Shown here: positions 19,385 to 30,810 of the stretch, piece by piece
Layout: each line of letters starts with the position of its first letter
Numbering within the stretch: the stretch's first letter is position 1
Source: an uncultured Nitrospinota bacterium
GTDB lineage: Bacteria > Tectomicrobia > Entotheonellia > J063 > CAVPRW01
DNA length: 64,000 nucleotides
Reading direction: 5' to 3'
Assembly (NCBI GenBank): GCA_963707985.1
Contig: CAVPRW010000017.1
Span: forward strand, 256,001 to 320,000
Made by a program: the position numbers and the translations under genes
The notes under the pieces: model-generated
Database searches by the model: none
The model's input: the letters and a program-made list of their open reading frames with translations, nothing else
Told to the model about the DNA's origin: nothing

Positions 19385-20605
19385 ATGCGGATTGTTATCC
19401 TCACCAACGAGTATCCGCCACATGTATACGGCGGCGCTGGCGTTCATGTGGAGTATCTGACGCGGGAGTTAGCCAAACTGGAGGATCACGCCCACGACAT
19501 CAAGGTGTTGTGCTTCGGCGATCAACGTCTACGGGACGGTAATCTCACGGTCGAGGGCGTCGATCCACCTTTTCAGCCGCCTGAGCAGGACCCTCATCAC
19601 CAAAAGTTCCTGGAGACGATGGTGCGTGATATCGTCATGGCTGGGTCGGTGCGTGAGGCGGACGTGGTGCATTGCCATACCTGGTATTCGCACCTGGCGG
19701 GATGCCTCCTGAAGCCGCTACTCGGCGCCCGTCTGGTGTTGACCACCCACTCGCTGGAGCCGCACCGTCCCTGGAAAGTCGAGCAGCTCGGCACCGCTTA
19801 TCATGCCAGCTCCTGGGTGGAGCGCACGGCCTACCAGAACGCTGACGGCGTCGTCGCCGTCTCCGAGGCCATGCGACGGGATGTACACACGCTCTATGAC
19901 GTGCTGTTTGAGAAGATTCGTGTCATTCATAATGGCATCGACGTGCAGCAATACAAACCCATGCCCAATCCCGCCGTTCTGCAGTCTTACCACATCGATC
20001 CAGCCAAACCCTTCGTGTTGTTCGTCGGCCGCATCACTCGACAGAAGGGCATCATGCATTTGATGAATGCTATCAAGGATCTGCGCCCAGGAGTGCAGGT
20101 GGTGTTATGTGCCGGGGCACCCGATACGCCAGCGCTCGGCGAGGAAATGGCCACACGTGTCGAGCAAGCGCGCCGCGACAGTCCGAATACCATCATCTGG
20201 GTGCCAACGATGGTCCCCAGGGAGGATGTGATTGCACTTTATACGCATGCGTCCGTCTTCGTTTGTCCGTCGGTATACGAGCCTTTTGGCATTATCAATC
20301 TTGAGGCCATGGCCTGTGAAACGCCGGTCGTCGCGTCAGCTGTGGGTGGCATCCCGGAAGTCGTGGTACACGGTGAAACGGGATTATTGGTGCCGGTGGA
20401 GCCTGTGAGCTCGCAGGATTTTGAGCCCAGGGCACCAGCGCAATTCGCGAAGGAACTTGCCGCAGCGGTCAACCGCTTACTAGATGATCCTGCCACTATG
20501 GAGGCGATGGGAAAGCGTGCGCGCGAGCGTGTCGAACGCTATTTCAGCTGGACCAGCATCGCCCAGCAAACGCTGGAGTTTTATCGAAATTTGACAACGG
20601 CGTAA
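19385..20605 (+). CDS. glgA: GT4 glycogen synthase / alpha-maltose-1-phosphate synthase (GlgA/GlgM type)
   Basis: TNEYPPHVYGGAGVHVEYL, HSLEPHRPWKVEQLG, GRITRQKG, YEPFGIINLEAMAC. Confidence 0.85.
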   Translation: MRIVILTNEYPPHVYGGAGVHVEYLTRELAKLEDHAHDIKVLCFGDQRLRDGNLTVEGVDPPFQPPEQDPHHQKFLETMVRDIVMAGSVREADVVHCHTWYSHLAGCLLKPLLGARLVLTTHSLEPHRPWKVEQLGTAYHASSWVERTAYQNADGVVAVSEAMRRDVHTLYDVLFEKIRVIHNGIDVQQYKPMPNPAVLQSYHIDPAKPFVLFVGRITRQKGIMHLMNAIKDLRPGVQVVLCAGAPDTPALGEEMATRVEQARRDSPNTIIWVPTMVPREDVIALYTHASVFVCPSVYEPFGIINLEAMACETPVVASAVGGIPEVVVHGETGLLVPVEPVSSQDFEPRAPAQFAKELAAAVNRLLDDPATMEAMGKRARERVERYFSWTSIAQQTLEFYRNLTTA

Positions 20606-20694
20606 GCGCTAGGGCAACATGCAGGCATAATGAGTGAAAAGGTAGGGGCCAGGGGAGCCTCTAGTCTTCTCTAGTGATGCCGTGAGGATGCACC

Positions 20695-21309
20695 ATGACG
20701 AAAGTCCTGTCACAAGTCGAGATTCACCCGGTGGTGCTCAAACTGACGCCCGTAATCAATCTGACCGATGATCAGTTGTTCGAGTTCTGTCAGCTCAATA
20801 GGGACTGGCGAATTGAATATACGGCGCAAGGGGAGCTCATTGTCATGCCACCGACAGGGGGGGAAGCAGGCAGTCAGAACGCAGAGCTGACTTTCCAAGT
20901 GCAAGCGTGGACAAGACAGGACCAGGCCGGTGTCGCTTTCGACTCATCTACCGGCTTCAAGCTCCCCAACGGTGCCACCCGTTCTCCCGACGCCGCCTGG
21001 GTCAGACGCACGCGCCTGGCAGGGCTGACCAGAGAACAGAAGCAGAAGTTTCTGCCGCTGTGCCCCGACTTCGTGGTCGAGCTACGATCACCGACGGACA
21101 ACCTCCAGGCTGTGCTCGCGAAGATGCAAGAATATATGGACAACGGCGCCCAACTCGGTTGGTTGCTCGATCCGCTGACGCGCCGTGTCCATGTCTACCT
21201 ACCGCAGCGCCCCCCCGAAATTCTGGAGGCTCCCAGCACCGTCTCAGCCGATCCCGTCCTGCCTGGCTTCGTGCTCGATCTGCGAAAAATTTGGGAACCA
21301 AACTTCTAG
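20695..21309 (+). CDS. Uma2 (DUF820) family putative endonuclease
   Basis: FDSSTGFKLPNGATRSPDAAW, CPDFVVELRSP, KMQEYMDNGAQLGWLLDP. Confidence 0.9.
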   Translation: MTKVLSQVEIHPVVLKLTPVINLTDDQLFEFCQLNRDWRIEYTAQGELIVMPPTGGEAGSQNAELTFQVQAWTRQDQAGVAFDSSTGFKLPNGATRSPDAAWVRRTRLAGLTREQKQKFLPLCPDFVVELRSPTDNLQAVLAKMQEYMDNGAQLGWLLDPLTRRVHVYLPQRPPEILEAPSTVSADPVLPGFVLDLRKIWEPNF

Positions 21310-21384
21310 GGCTCCAATTCCACCCCAGGGTATGCCGGCGACCGCGTGCCCGTAGCCTCGCAGTCCAGCCAGCGGGTTTGTTCC

Positions 21385-22933
21385 TCAACGATCCAGCCAC
21401 ACCGTCTCAAAGCGGATCTTAAAGCCATTCAACTGCTCGTAGCCCTTTACATTGGCCCGTGCCGCCTGGATGAAGGGCAACGTGGTGAGACTCTGATAGA
21501 TCATGGTCTCCGCCACCACGTACTGTTGCAGATCATGTCCTGCCTTTAGATACGCCTCGTCCGTCTCCGCCTCCCTCAAGCGATCGATGAGCTCATCGAC
21601 GTGCTTATCCGTGTGATTGGGGGTGTTGGCTCCGGCGCGAGTATCGATCAATCTAGAAATCGTATAGGTATCCAGCACGGCGCCGCTCAAGTTGAGATTC
21701 TGATCCCAATCGCGGTCCCGGTTTTGCCGACGCAGGAAGATCGGCCGGTCGATAACCTCAACGGTGACTTCAACGCCGATCTTCGCCAGCTGTGTCTTCA
21801 TGATGGTAGCGATGGTTGGCAGTGCTGCCTCCGCACCATGGGTCATGATCGAATAGCGTAGCGGGTTTTTTTCATCATACCCCGCCTCCTTGAGAAGCGC
21901 CTTGGCCTTGTCGGGATTGTAGGCGAATTGCTCGCCGAAATCGATATGATCTAGCCCTCCTGGAGGGACCGGGCTCCACAAGCGGTTGCGCCTGTCCTAA
22001 CAGCGCTGTCTTGGCGATGGCCTGCCGATCGATCCCGTAGCCCAGGATCGCCTTCCGTACCCGTACGTCCTGGAACGCGGGTTTGCGCAGGTTGAAGATG
22101 CTCTGTGTCCGCTGCGTATCCTTGCCCTTGAGCACCTGGATCTTTGCATCCCTGGTGAGGCGTTCGACGTGCTCGCGCGGGATATAATTGGCGAAATCGA
22201 CCTCACCCGCCCGCAAGGCCGTCACCCGCGTCACGCCTTCCTTGATGATCTGCAATTCGACGCGATCGAGATACGGCAGCCCAGGCTTAAAGTAATTGGG
22301 GTTCTTCTCAAGGACGACGATGCGGTTCTGGTCCCACTTGCCGAGCTTGAATGGCCCTGTGCCATCGGGATGTAACCGCACTTCCTCCTTGCCCCAGCGC
22401 TTGTAGGATGCTGGGGACATCTGCAAGAATCCCACCCGATTGACTGCCATCGTTGGCAGCAGCGTCCGGCTGGGGTGCTTGAGGGTGAATTTGATCGTAT
22501 GGGAGTCGATGACCTCGACGCTTTCAACGATACTGAGGAACGGTGCGATGAAGGCATCTTCATCGGGATCGACAGCGCGCTGATAGTTCCAGCGCACCAC
22601 CTCGGCATCGAAGTCGCTGCCTTCGTGGAATTTGACCCCCTTGCGCAGGTGGAAGACATAGACTTTACCGTTCTCCGAAATGTCCCAGGACTCGGCCAGC
22701 TCGGGGACGTAGTTAAAATTCGTGTCGACGGTAACTAGGCTGCTGAAGAGATTGCCGACGGTGTGCCAAGCCTGCACGCCCGGGGAGAGAAAGGGATCGA
22801 GCCCGGTGACATCGGCTTCCCACGCCACCTTTAGAGTGCCGCCTGGTTTGGGGGTTTGGGCCAGCACGAAGGTCGAGACCGAGAGAACAAGCAGCATAGC
22901 GATGGACAGTGACCAACGGACGCAACGTCTCAT
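21385..22933 (-). CDS. ABC transporter substrate-binding protein, family 5 (frameshift ~21980)
   Basis: Signal peptide, PKPGGTL, PELAESW, LRKGVKFH, GTGPF; C-terminal part (YNPDKAKALLKEAG) in ORF 21385-21981. Confidence 0.85.
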
Positions 22934-23261
22934 CGTGAACCTCCATGAGTCATCTGTGAGCCATATCCTGATCCCCATCCTCAACGCTGCTGAGCGTTCA
23001 GAGGTGCGTGATTCATGGTGCTTTCACCAGACAGTAGTCGTGAAGTCAAACGTGGAGGATGGTGAGGAATACAACCAGCATGCGTGTAGTCTCCTGGGTC
23101 GGGATGGGAAAGCTGAGCAGTCCATAGTGCGGCCAGGCCCGCATTGTAAGAGGACCGGCATGACGTGTCAAGAGTCAGTTCACAATACGGCTAACTGTAA
23201 TAGGCGCGGGTAATGAATGGCATATATGAAAATAATTTCTGTATGACATGAAAAAAATATC

Positions 23262-23291
23262 TTGACAGTGGGATCTTGCCAGGGATACACT
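23262..23291 (+). promoter_or_regulatory. Sigma70-like promoter
   Basis: TTGACA-18 nt-TACACT, preceded by an AT-rich tract. Confidence 0.55.
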
Positions 23292-23803
23292 GGGTGAATA
23301 CTTTACAAATCCTTGATTTAGTTCTCTTGTGAAGTCATGAACGCTCGTCACTGCTCAGAGCCGTAGCGTTCGATCTGGCTGGCATCGCCCACCATAGTGG
23401 GTCATACGTCAGTTGGAGGTGTCCGATGCCCATCACACTTCGCCCCTTCCTCTATCTTTTCCTTGGACGCCTGCTCACCCGTGTCTAACCCCCTTTCCTG
23501 CACTCAAATGCGGGAAAGGGCCTGTCAGCATGTGCTCATCTCCTAGCTTCGCTTAGGCGGTCGCGTCCAGGCGTTCTTCGTAATCTACGTGTACTGAACT
23601 CGGATCTCATCTCCGCGACGTGGGAGGTGATGGGACGCAAGCGCACCAGGTGCTGGAGAAGATGCCACAACGCATCTCTGGAGAAGACCTGGTAGATGTG
23701 TGGTCTGAGGTGTCCGCACCGTTACGTGCACTCCCCGAAGATCTGTGACGACGAACCAGCGTAAAGGACATAGATGGATCGGCGTTTCAAGGAGGGTATG
23801 AGG

Positions 23804-25396
23804 ATGTCAAGGGCAGGCATAGCTATACTTAGCTTTGTAGTACTTCTCAGCTTCTGGACAGCCCCAATGGCTCTGGCGCAGGAACAGCCGCGCCGCGGGG
23901 GAGTCTTGCAGGTCGCCCTTCCCGCCGACCCCCCCAGCCTGGATGCGCACCAGGAGCAAACCTTCGCGGTGGCCCAACCGATGGGCCCTGTCTACAATAA
24001 CCTGATCGTGTTAGACCCCCACAACTATCCCCAGATCATCGGGGACCTGGCCAAATCCTGGACGGTCTCGGACGATCACCTCACCTATACCTTCACGCTG
24101 CACGAAGGGGTGAAGTTCCACGATGGCAGCGAGCTGACCTCGGCGGATGTCAAGGCCAGCTGGGATAAGATCGTCTCTCCGTCGGGGGACGTCATCAGTG
24201 TGCGGCGGGGTAACTTTCAGATGATCAAGAGCATCGAGGCCCCCGACCGCCACACCGTGGTCTTCCGCCTGCACCACCCCTCGCCGTCGTTCCTGTCGAA
24301 CCTGGCCGGCCCGGCCAATTTTATCTATCCCAAAAAATATCTCGATACGGATCCCCACTACTTTAAGACCCATGCCGTCGGCAGCGGGCCCTTCAAGTTG
24401 AAGAATTACGTGCGGGGCTCCTACGTCGAGCTGGAGCGCAACCCGGATTATTGGAAAAAAGGGCTGCCCTACCTGGATGGGATCAAGTATTTCATCATCA
24501 CCGACACCTCGGCCCGGACTACCGCCCTGCGGTCGGGACGGGTCGATGCGGAGTTGCGCTTTCTGCCCCCTGGGGATGTCGACGCCATCAAGCAGTCGTT
24601 GGGCGATAAGGTGGTGGTGGCCAGGGTACAGAACATCGGAAATTTTGGGGTCACCTTCAATGTGGACAAGAAACCCTTCGACGATGAACGGGTGCGCAAG
24701 GCCCTGACCCTGGCCATCGACCGCTATGATGCGGTCAAAACGCTTTCCACGATCACCAACCTGGAATATGTCGGGGGCATGATGCACCCGGACAGCCAGT
24801 GGGCCTTGAGCCCGGAGGAGTTGGAAGCGTTGCCAGGCTTCAGCCGAGACCACGCCGCCAATCTGCGCGAGGCCAAGCGGTTGTTGGCCGAGGCCGGCTT
24901 TCCCAACGGCTTCAAGACGGTGCTGACCAACCGCAATATCAAAATGCCGTACATCGATTTAGCCGTCTACCTGATCTCGGCGTGGAAGAAGATCGGGGTG
25001 GAGGCCGAGCATAAGGTGGAGGAGACGGCCACCTATAGCCAGACCCGGGTGAACAGGGATTTCGAGCTGATCGTGGACCCTTACGGTTCTCAATTGGTCG
25101 GAGACCCCGAAGAGTTGCTGGACAAATTTGTCACCGGGCAACCAGAGAACTGGGGCCGCATGAGCGATCCCGTGGTCGATGGGCTGTTCGCACAGCAGGC
25201 GCAAGAGATGAACGAACAGAAGCGCATCGAACTGGTGAAGGAGATGGATAAGCGCATCCTGGAGAAGGTCTGGCGCATCCAGGGGCTGTGGACGACACGC
25301 CTGGAGGTGCGCACGGCCCGCATGCGTAACTATGAGCCGCTCCCCAGCCACTGGAATAATCGACGCTTCGAGGATGTATGGCTGGCGGCGAAGTGA
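23804..25396 (+). CDS. ABC transporter substrate-binding protein, family 5 (DppA-like)
   Basis: Signal peptide, PRRGGVL, DLAKSW, GVKFHDG, GSGPF. Confidence 0.9.
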   Translation: MSRAGIAILSFVVLLSFWTAPMALAQEQPRRGGVLQVALPADPPSLDAHQEQTFAVAQPMGPVYNNLIVLDPHNYPQIIGDLAKSWTVSDDHLTYTFTLHEGVKFHDGSELTSADVKASWDKIVSPSGDVISVRRGNFQMIKSIEAPDRHTVVFRLHHPSPSFLSNLAGPANFIYPKKYLDTDPHYFKTHAVGSGPFKLKNYVRGSYVELERNPDYWKKGLPYLDGIKYFIITDTSARTTALRSGRVDAELRFLPPGDVDAIKQSLGDKVVVARVQNIGNFGVTFNVDKKPFDDERVRKALTLAIDRYDAVKTLSTITNLEYVGGMMHPDSQWALSPEELEALPGFSRDHAANLREAKRLLAEAGFPNGFKTVLTNRNIKMPYIDLAVYLISAWKKIGVEAEHKVEETATYSQTRVNRDFELIVDPYGSQLVGDPEELLDKFVTGQPENWGRMSDPVVDGLFAQQAQEMNEQKRIELVKEMDKRILEKVWRIQGLWTTRLEVRTARMRNYEPLPSHWNNRRFEDVWLAAK

Positions 25397-25401
25397 TAAG
25401 T

Positions 25402-25437
25402 CTCTCCCTCTCCCTCTGGGAGAGGGTGGGGTGAGGG
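25402..25437. repeat. REP-like palindrome
   Basis: CCCTCTCCCTCTGGGAGAGGG followed by TGGGGTGAGGG, between SBP and permease genes. Confidence 0.6.
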
Positions 25438-25461
25438 AGTGAGGATGGAGGGTCCGAAGCC

Positions 25462-26422
25462 GTGTGGCAATACATCGTCAAACGTATCCTGTTAATGATT
25501 CCCACCCTGCTCGGGGCTGCTCTGGTGGTCTTCATTCTGATGCACGTCGTCCCCGGGGACATCGCCATGTTGATCCTGGGCGCTGGTGAGCAAGGCGGCG
25601 ATGTCAACCTCACGGAACTTGATCGCGTGCGACACAAATTGGGGCTCGACCGCCCGCTCTATGAGCAGTTCTTCTCCTGGGTCTGGGGCATCGTCCGCCT
25701 GGATTTCGGCACCTCCTTGTGGAGCGGAGCGCCGGTGCTCGAGGAACTGCGCATTCGTTTCCCCTTGACCCTCGAGGTTGCCCTCTTCGCAACGCTGATC
25801 TCGACCCTGATCGCCATTCCCCTCGGAACATTGGCGGCCATCCGTCAGGATACCTGGATTGACTATGGGGTGCGCGTCATCAGCATCGGGGGCCTGGCAA
25901 TCCCTAACTTTTGGACCGGCATCCTGCTCATCCTCTTTCTGGTGATCTACTTCCAGTGGAGCCCGCCGTTGGTATTCGTGCCGCTCTGGGAGGATCCGTG
26001 GGAGAATTTCAAGCAACTGGTCTGGCCGATCGTCACCGTAGGCTATCGCAATGCCGCGTTAAGCACGCGTCTGACGCGCTCGGCGGTGTTGGAGGTGATG
26101 CGTGAGGACTATATTCGCACGGCCTGGGCGAAGGGCTTGCGCGAAGGCATCGTCGTCATCAAACACACCCTGAAGAACGCCATGTTACCGGTGATCACGA
26201 TCATCGGGGCAGAGTTTGCCTTCCTGATGGGCGGCCTGGTGGTGACGGAAACCGTGTTCACTCTGAACGGGTTGGGTCAGATTCGTGGTCGATGCCATCT
26301 TGCATCGGGACATCCCGGTGGTACAGACGATGGTGCTGCTCACCGCCTTCATCATCGTCTTCATCAATCTGATCGTCGATTTGCTCTATGCCTGGCTGGA
26401 CCCCAGGATCAGCTACCACTAA
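25462..26422 (+). CDS. Peptide/nickel ABC permease, DppB-like (frameshift ~26278)
   Basis: YIVKRIL, DYIRTAWAKGL, NAMLPVIT; continues in another frame to DLLYAWLDPRISYH*. Confidence 0.85.
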
Positions 26423-26432
26423 GGAGGCTGGG

Positions 26433-27364
26433 ATGGCTGAGGTAATGCATGAGGGGCAGTTACCCCTCACGACCCGACAACTGCAGGCTGTTGCGGGGGG
26501 AAGCATTGGGTCAGCGCCTATGCCTGGCCTGCCATCCGCAAGTTTATCGTCACTAAACCGTTGGGAGCCATCGGTGGTGTGGTTATTCTGTTGATGGTCA
26601 TCACCGCTATTTTTGCCGATGTCATCGCCCCCTATGATCCCTATGAAATCAATCAGCGCTTGCAGTTTAACCCCCCGAGCCTGCAACACTTGTTCGGCAC
26701 CGACGATTTTGGCCGGGATCTGTTCACGCGCATCGTCTACGGCGCGCGGGTGGCACTGTTTATCGGCTTGACTGCCGCCTTTGTCGGCGCCACCGGCGGG
26801 GCCATCCTAGGAGTGATCAGCGCCTATCTGGGCGGCAAGGTTGACCTGTTCCTGCAGCGCATCATGGATATTATGCTAGCTTTTCCGTTGCTGATTCTGG
26901 CTCTGGCTATTGTCACCGTCCTTGGCCGTTCCCTTCCGAATGTGGTTCTGGCCATCGCCATTCCGATCATTCCGCGCACCACCCGCATCGTCCGCTCCAA
27001 CGCCCTGAGCATCAAAGAACACATCTATGTAGAAGCGGCCCGTGCTGTCGGCTGCTCTCACCCGTGGGTGATCCTGCGCCACATCATCCCCAACGTCATG
27101 GCGCCGTATTTGATTATGCTGACGGCTCAGTTCGGCAACGCCATCCTTGTCGAAGCCTCCTTGAGCTTCTTGGGGTTGGGTACCGCCGAGCCGACGCCAT
27201 CGTGGGGACTGATGCTTTCGGGAAGCGCGCTGTCGTACGCCGAGAGGGCACCATGGGTAGCCATTTTCCCCGGCATAGCCATCAGCCTGGCGGTGTTTGG
27301 CTTTAACCTGTTTGGCGATTCACTGCGCGATGCCCTTGACCCCAGGCTGCGTCACCGCTCCTGA
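26433..27364 (+). CDS. Peptide/nickel ABC permease, DppC-like (frameshift within ~26490-26560)
   Basis: HLFGTDDFGRD, YVEAARAVG, EASLSFLGLG, GDSLRDALDPR; RBS AGGAGG before ATG 26433. Confidence 0.85.
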
Positions 27365-27448
27365 GATGGGCTCGCCCGGCACTCAAGAAACTTTGGCGCC
27401 AGGCACAGTCAGGCGGATCGATCTCGGTAGAGCGACACCAACGGGGCG

Positions 27449-28159
27449 TTAGACGCCGAGGTGGCGAGCTTTCACATCCGCGTCATGAGCGAGGACATGC
27501 GGGGAGGATTCGTAGACGATTTTCCCGCGACTCATGATGTACACATAGTCAGCGAGCTTCAAGGCGAAGGGGAGGTTCTGCTCCACCAGGAGGATGGACA
27601 GGCCCTCTTCCTTGAGCCGTTGAAGGACGCGGCTCAACTCCTGCACCACTCGAGGCGCCAGCCCTTCGGTGGGCTCGTCCATGAGAAGGACCTGTGGATT
27701 GCCGATCAGTGCCCTGGCCAACGCCAGCATCTGCTGCTCGCCTCCGGAGAGTGCACTGCCCGACTGCAGCAAGCGCTCCCGCAGTCGGGGGAACAAGCCA
27801 AACACCCGCGCCATGGTCCAGCACAGGCCCTCGCCCTCGTTCACGCTTCGATGCCAGGCGGCGATCTCTAGGTTCTCCCGCACGCTGAGAGATGGGAAGA
27901 TACGCCGACCCTGGGGGATGATACCCATACCCATCTGCGCGATCCGATACGATGGCATACGGGTAATCTCCAGGCCTTTGAACCAGACCTGGCCACGACG
28001 GGGTGGCGTGAAGCCGATGATGGAGCGCACCAGTGTTGTCTTACCCATGCCGTTGCGTCCTAACATCGCCACCACCGTGCCGGGCTCGACTTTCAGGGAG
28101 ACCCCCTGCAATACGTAGCTGTCGCCATAATAGGTGTGGATATCTCGTACTTCCAACAC
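27449..28159 (-). CDS. livF: Branched-chain amino acid-type ABC ATPase, LivF-like
   Basis: GRNGMGKT, LSGGEQQM, LLMDEPTEGLAP. Confidence 0.85.
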   Translation of the reverse strand: MLEVRDIHTYYGDSYVLQGVSLKVEPGTVVAMLGRNGMGKTTLVRSIIGFTPPRRGQVWFKGLEITRMPSYRIAQMGMGIIPQGRRIFPSLSVRENLEIAAWHRSVNEGEGLCWTMARVFGLFPRLRERLLQSGSALSGGEQQMLALARALIGNPQVLLMDEPTEGLAPRVVQELSRVLQRLKEEGLSILLVEQNLPFALKLADYVYIMSRGKIVYESSPHVLAHDADVKARHLGV

Positions 28160-28171
28160 GCCCTCGACTCC

Positions 28172-28912
28172 TTACTCGGGCCCCAGGTAGATCTCAGCCA
28201 CGGTGGGATCTTTGCGGATTGCCTCCGGCGAGCCGTCGGCCAGCAGCTTGCCTTGGTGCAGGACCGTAACATGCTGGGCGACTTGAAATGCGACATGCAT
28301 GTCGTGTTCGATGACCAACACGGTGATGTGTGGATCCAGGCGTTGGATTAGCGATGTGACTAGTGGGGTCTCTGCCGTCGATAGCCCAGCAGTAGGTTCA
28401 TCCAATAACAAGAGCTTCGGCGTATTGGCCAACGCCAGCAGGATCTCAAGCTGCCGTTGGTCCCCATACGAGAGTTGGCGCACCAGGATCTGCCGTTTAT
28501 CCCATAGTTTCCACTCTTCCAGCACGCTCCTGGCTTTGCTCAGGATAGGCCGATCGCTGCTGAGAGCACGAAACAGGACGAACTTCGCCGAGTCAAGGGC
28601 TTGTACAGCCAGTAGCATGTTCTCTAGCACAGTCAAATTCGGAAACAGAGTGGTCATTTGGAACGTGCGAGTCAGACCGAGAGTCGCCCGTCGAAATGGA
28701 GGGAGTTTGGTGACCTCTCGACCGAAGAGGATGATCCGACCTGAACTGGGGAACAGTTGCCCGCCGATCAAGTTGAAGAGGGTTGTCTTGCCCGCGCCAT
28801 TGGGCCCAATGATCGCTCGCCGCTCCCCCGGCTGGACCTCCAGGGAAAGGTCCTGCAGGGCCTGCAGGCCCCCAAAATTCTTGGAAAGCCGCTCGACGAT
28901 CAGCGCCGTCAC
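28172..28912 (-). CDS. livG: ABC ATPase, LivG-like
   Basis: GPNGAGKT, LSYGDQR, LLLDEPTAG, IEHDM; GTG start overlaps the upstream stop. Confidence 0.85.
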   Translation of the reverse strand: MTALIVERLSKNFGGLQALQDLSLEVQPGERRAIIGPNGAGKTTLFNLIGGQLFPSSGRIILFGREVTKLPPFRRATLGLTRTFQMTTLFPNLTVLENMLLAVQALDSAKFVLFRALSSDRPILSKARSVLEEWKLWDKRQILVRQLSYGDQRQLEILLALANTPKLLLLDEPTAGLSTAETPLVTSLIQRLDPHITVLVIEHDMHVAFQVAQHVTVLHQGKLLADGSPEAIRKDPTVAEIYLGPE

Positions 28913-29883
28913 AGCTCCGCCCTCCGGTGGAGTCGACTCGGAAGCGAAACCCGAACCACTCCCAGAATACCTTGAGGCGCACAGAGTACAACCAGCAGAT
29001 AGATGAGGCCCAGAACCAGAAGCCACCGCTCTGTGTAGGCGCTAACCATGTTGCGCAGGAACACCACGACTCCGGCGCCGATGACCGGCCCGAACAGGGT
29101 ACCTGTGCCCCCAACAATCACCATTAAGAGCGCCTCGGCAGATACCGACAGGCTCAACTGGGCGGGACTGACAAAACCATGATAGTAAACGAAGAGGATT
29201 CCCGCCATGCCTGCCACTCCTCCGGCGATAAGCATGGCGATGTATTTATGCAGCCAGACATTGTACCCCAGGCAATTCATGCGGCACTCGCTCTCGCGAA
29301 TGCCACGCAGGGTGTAGCCGAACGGTGAATGTACGACCACAGAGAGCCCTGCCACCATGACGACGAAGATCATGAGCGTGGCGGTGAAAAAATTGGCAGG
29401 GTCTTGGAGAGACCAGGGCAACAGCCCTCCCAGGTCCGGACGGGCAATGCCGGGAAGCCCGTCATCTCCACCCGTCATCGTCCGCCAACCAAAGGCGATA
29501 CCCCACAGCACCTGCGCCAGCGCCAGGGTGATCATCATGAAATAGACCCCGGCCGTCCGCAGGGCCAAGAGACCGAATAACGCCGCGATGATCACGCTCA
29601 TCAGCACCCCCAGCGACACACTGACCCAGCAATGTTGCCCGAGGTGGAGAGAGAGGAGAGCCATCGTGTAGGCCCCCGATCCGAAGTATGCCGCATGTCC
29701 TAACGAGGGGAGCCCTGTGTGGCCGAGCAGGAGGTCCAGGCTTATGGCAAAGATGCCTAAGATCAGGGTCTCCGTTAGCAGACCAGTGTAGTAGGTGGGT
29801 AACATCCTGCCAACGACGGCTAGCACGATCAGGCTCAAGATTATCCCGATCCCAGGCCATAGGCGCCGGCAGCACATGCTCAT
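28909..29883 (-). CDS. livM: ABC permease, LivM-like
   Basis: GLPSLGHAAYFG, YFMMITLA, TGGDDG, GGTGTLFGP. Confidence 0.85.
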   Translation of the reverse strand: MSMCCRRLWPGIGIILSLIVLAVVGRMLPTYYTGLLTETLILGIFAISLDLLLGHTGLPSLGHAAYFGSGAYTMALLSLHLGQHCWVSVSLGVLMSVIIAALFGLLALRTAGVYFMMITLALAQVLWGIAFGWRTMTGGDDGLPGIARPDLGGLLPWSLQDPANFFTATLMIFVVMVAGLSVVVHSPFGYTLRGIRESECRMNCLGYNVWLHKYIAMLIAGGVAGMAGILFVYYHGFVSPAQLSLSVSAEALLMVIVGGTGTLFGPVIGAGVVVFLRNMVSAYTERWLLVLGLIYLLVVLCAPQGILGVVRVSLPSRLHRRAEL

Positions 29884-30734
29884 GCCCTCCCAAACAAGCC
29901 GTGTGGCCGCAGCGTCAAGATGGCGGCCATCGGGGCAAAAATGGTGAACATGGCAAGTTCCGGCGCCAGGGCCCTGCCAAAAGTATCTATCAGGCCCACG
30001 ACCAGGCTGCCCACAAAAGCCCCGCGTACGCTCCCGAGACCTCCAATGAGCACGACGACAAGCGCCAGCAACAGGACCTCGAAGTCGGCTCCTGGATACG
30101 CCCCCACGATTGGCCCACCGATGACGCCGCTCAAGGCCGCCAGGAAAGCTCCCAGCGCGAACACCGCCGTGAAGAGTCTGTCGGTGTTAATGCCCAGACC
30201 TTGGACCATCTCCTCATCGTCCACCCCAGCCCGAATCATACTCCCCAGCGTGGTCCGTTCCAGAACAAGCCAGAAACCCAGTGCCATGACCACGCCGATG
30301 CTGATGACAAAGAGTCGATAGGTGGGGAAGACGATGCTCCCAATCGTCAGCGACATGGACAGAAAGGCCGGTTTTGGCAGGACGTAGGAATACCCACCCC
30401 AGTTCCATAACGTGAGGTCGGCGAAGATGAACAACAGACCAAAGGTCAGGAGCACCTGGGCAAGCTCTGCCTTCTGGAAGCGGTGCAGTATGAGGCGGTA
30501 CACGAGGAGTCCCACCACGGCGATACAGAGGGGGGCCACGACGAGCGCTACCAGGAAGCTTCCGGTGTGCTCGATCAGCGTGAACCCGAGATAGGCACCC
30601 AGGAGATAAAAAGAGCCATGCGCCAGGTTGATGACCCGCATCAGCCCAAAGACCAGAGAGAGCCCCGATGCCAGCAGAAACAGCAGCATCCCAAAGGAGA
30701 TGCCATTGAGGCTCTGAACGATCCAGAATTCCAT
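29880..30734 (-). CDS. livH: ABC permease, LivH-like
   Basis: LASGLSLVFGLMRVINLAHG, VVVLIGGLGS. Confidence 0.85.
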   Translation of the reverse strand: MEFWIVQSLNGISFGMLLFLLASGLSLVFGLMRVINLAHGSFYLLGAYLGFTLIEHTGSFLVALVVAPLCIAVVGLLVYRLILHRFQKAELAQVLLTFGLLFIFADLTLWNWGGYSYVLPKPAFLSMSLTIGSIVFPTYRLFVISIGVVMALGFWLVLERTTLGSMIRAGVDDEEMVQGLGINTDRLFTAVFALGAFLAALSGVIGGPIVGAYPGADFEVLLLALVVVLIGGLGSVRGAFVGSLVVGLIDTFGRALAPELAMFTIFAPMAAILTLRPHGLFGRA

Positions 30735-30810
30735 CGGCTTATCTCCGCCACACGACAGGTCTGAGAACCAAGCGCTGCGTGATCCCTTCTCATGCGTCAA
30801 CCCTCCTCCG

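Noticed and set aside
17223..21309. Two Uma2 genes as a defence island
   Set aside because: They are dispersed among housekeeping genes with no methylase or other defence partners; this family is often multicopy.
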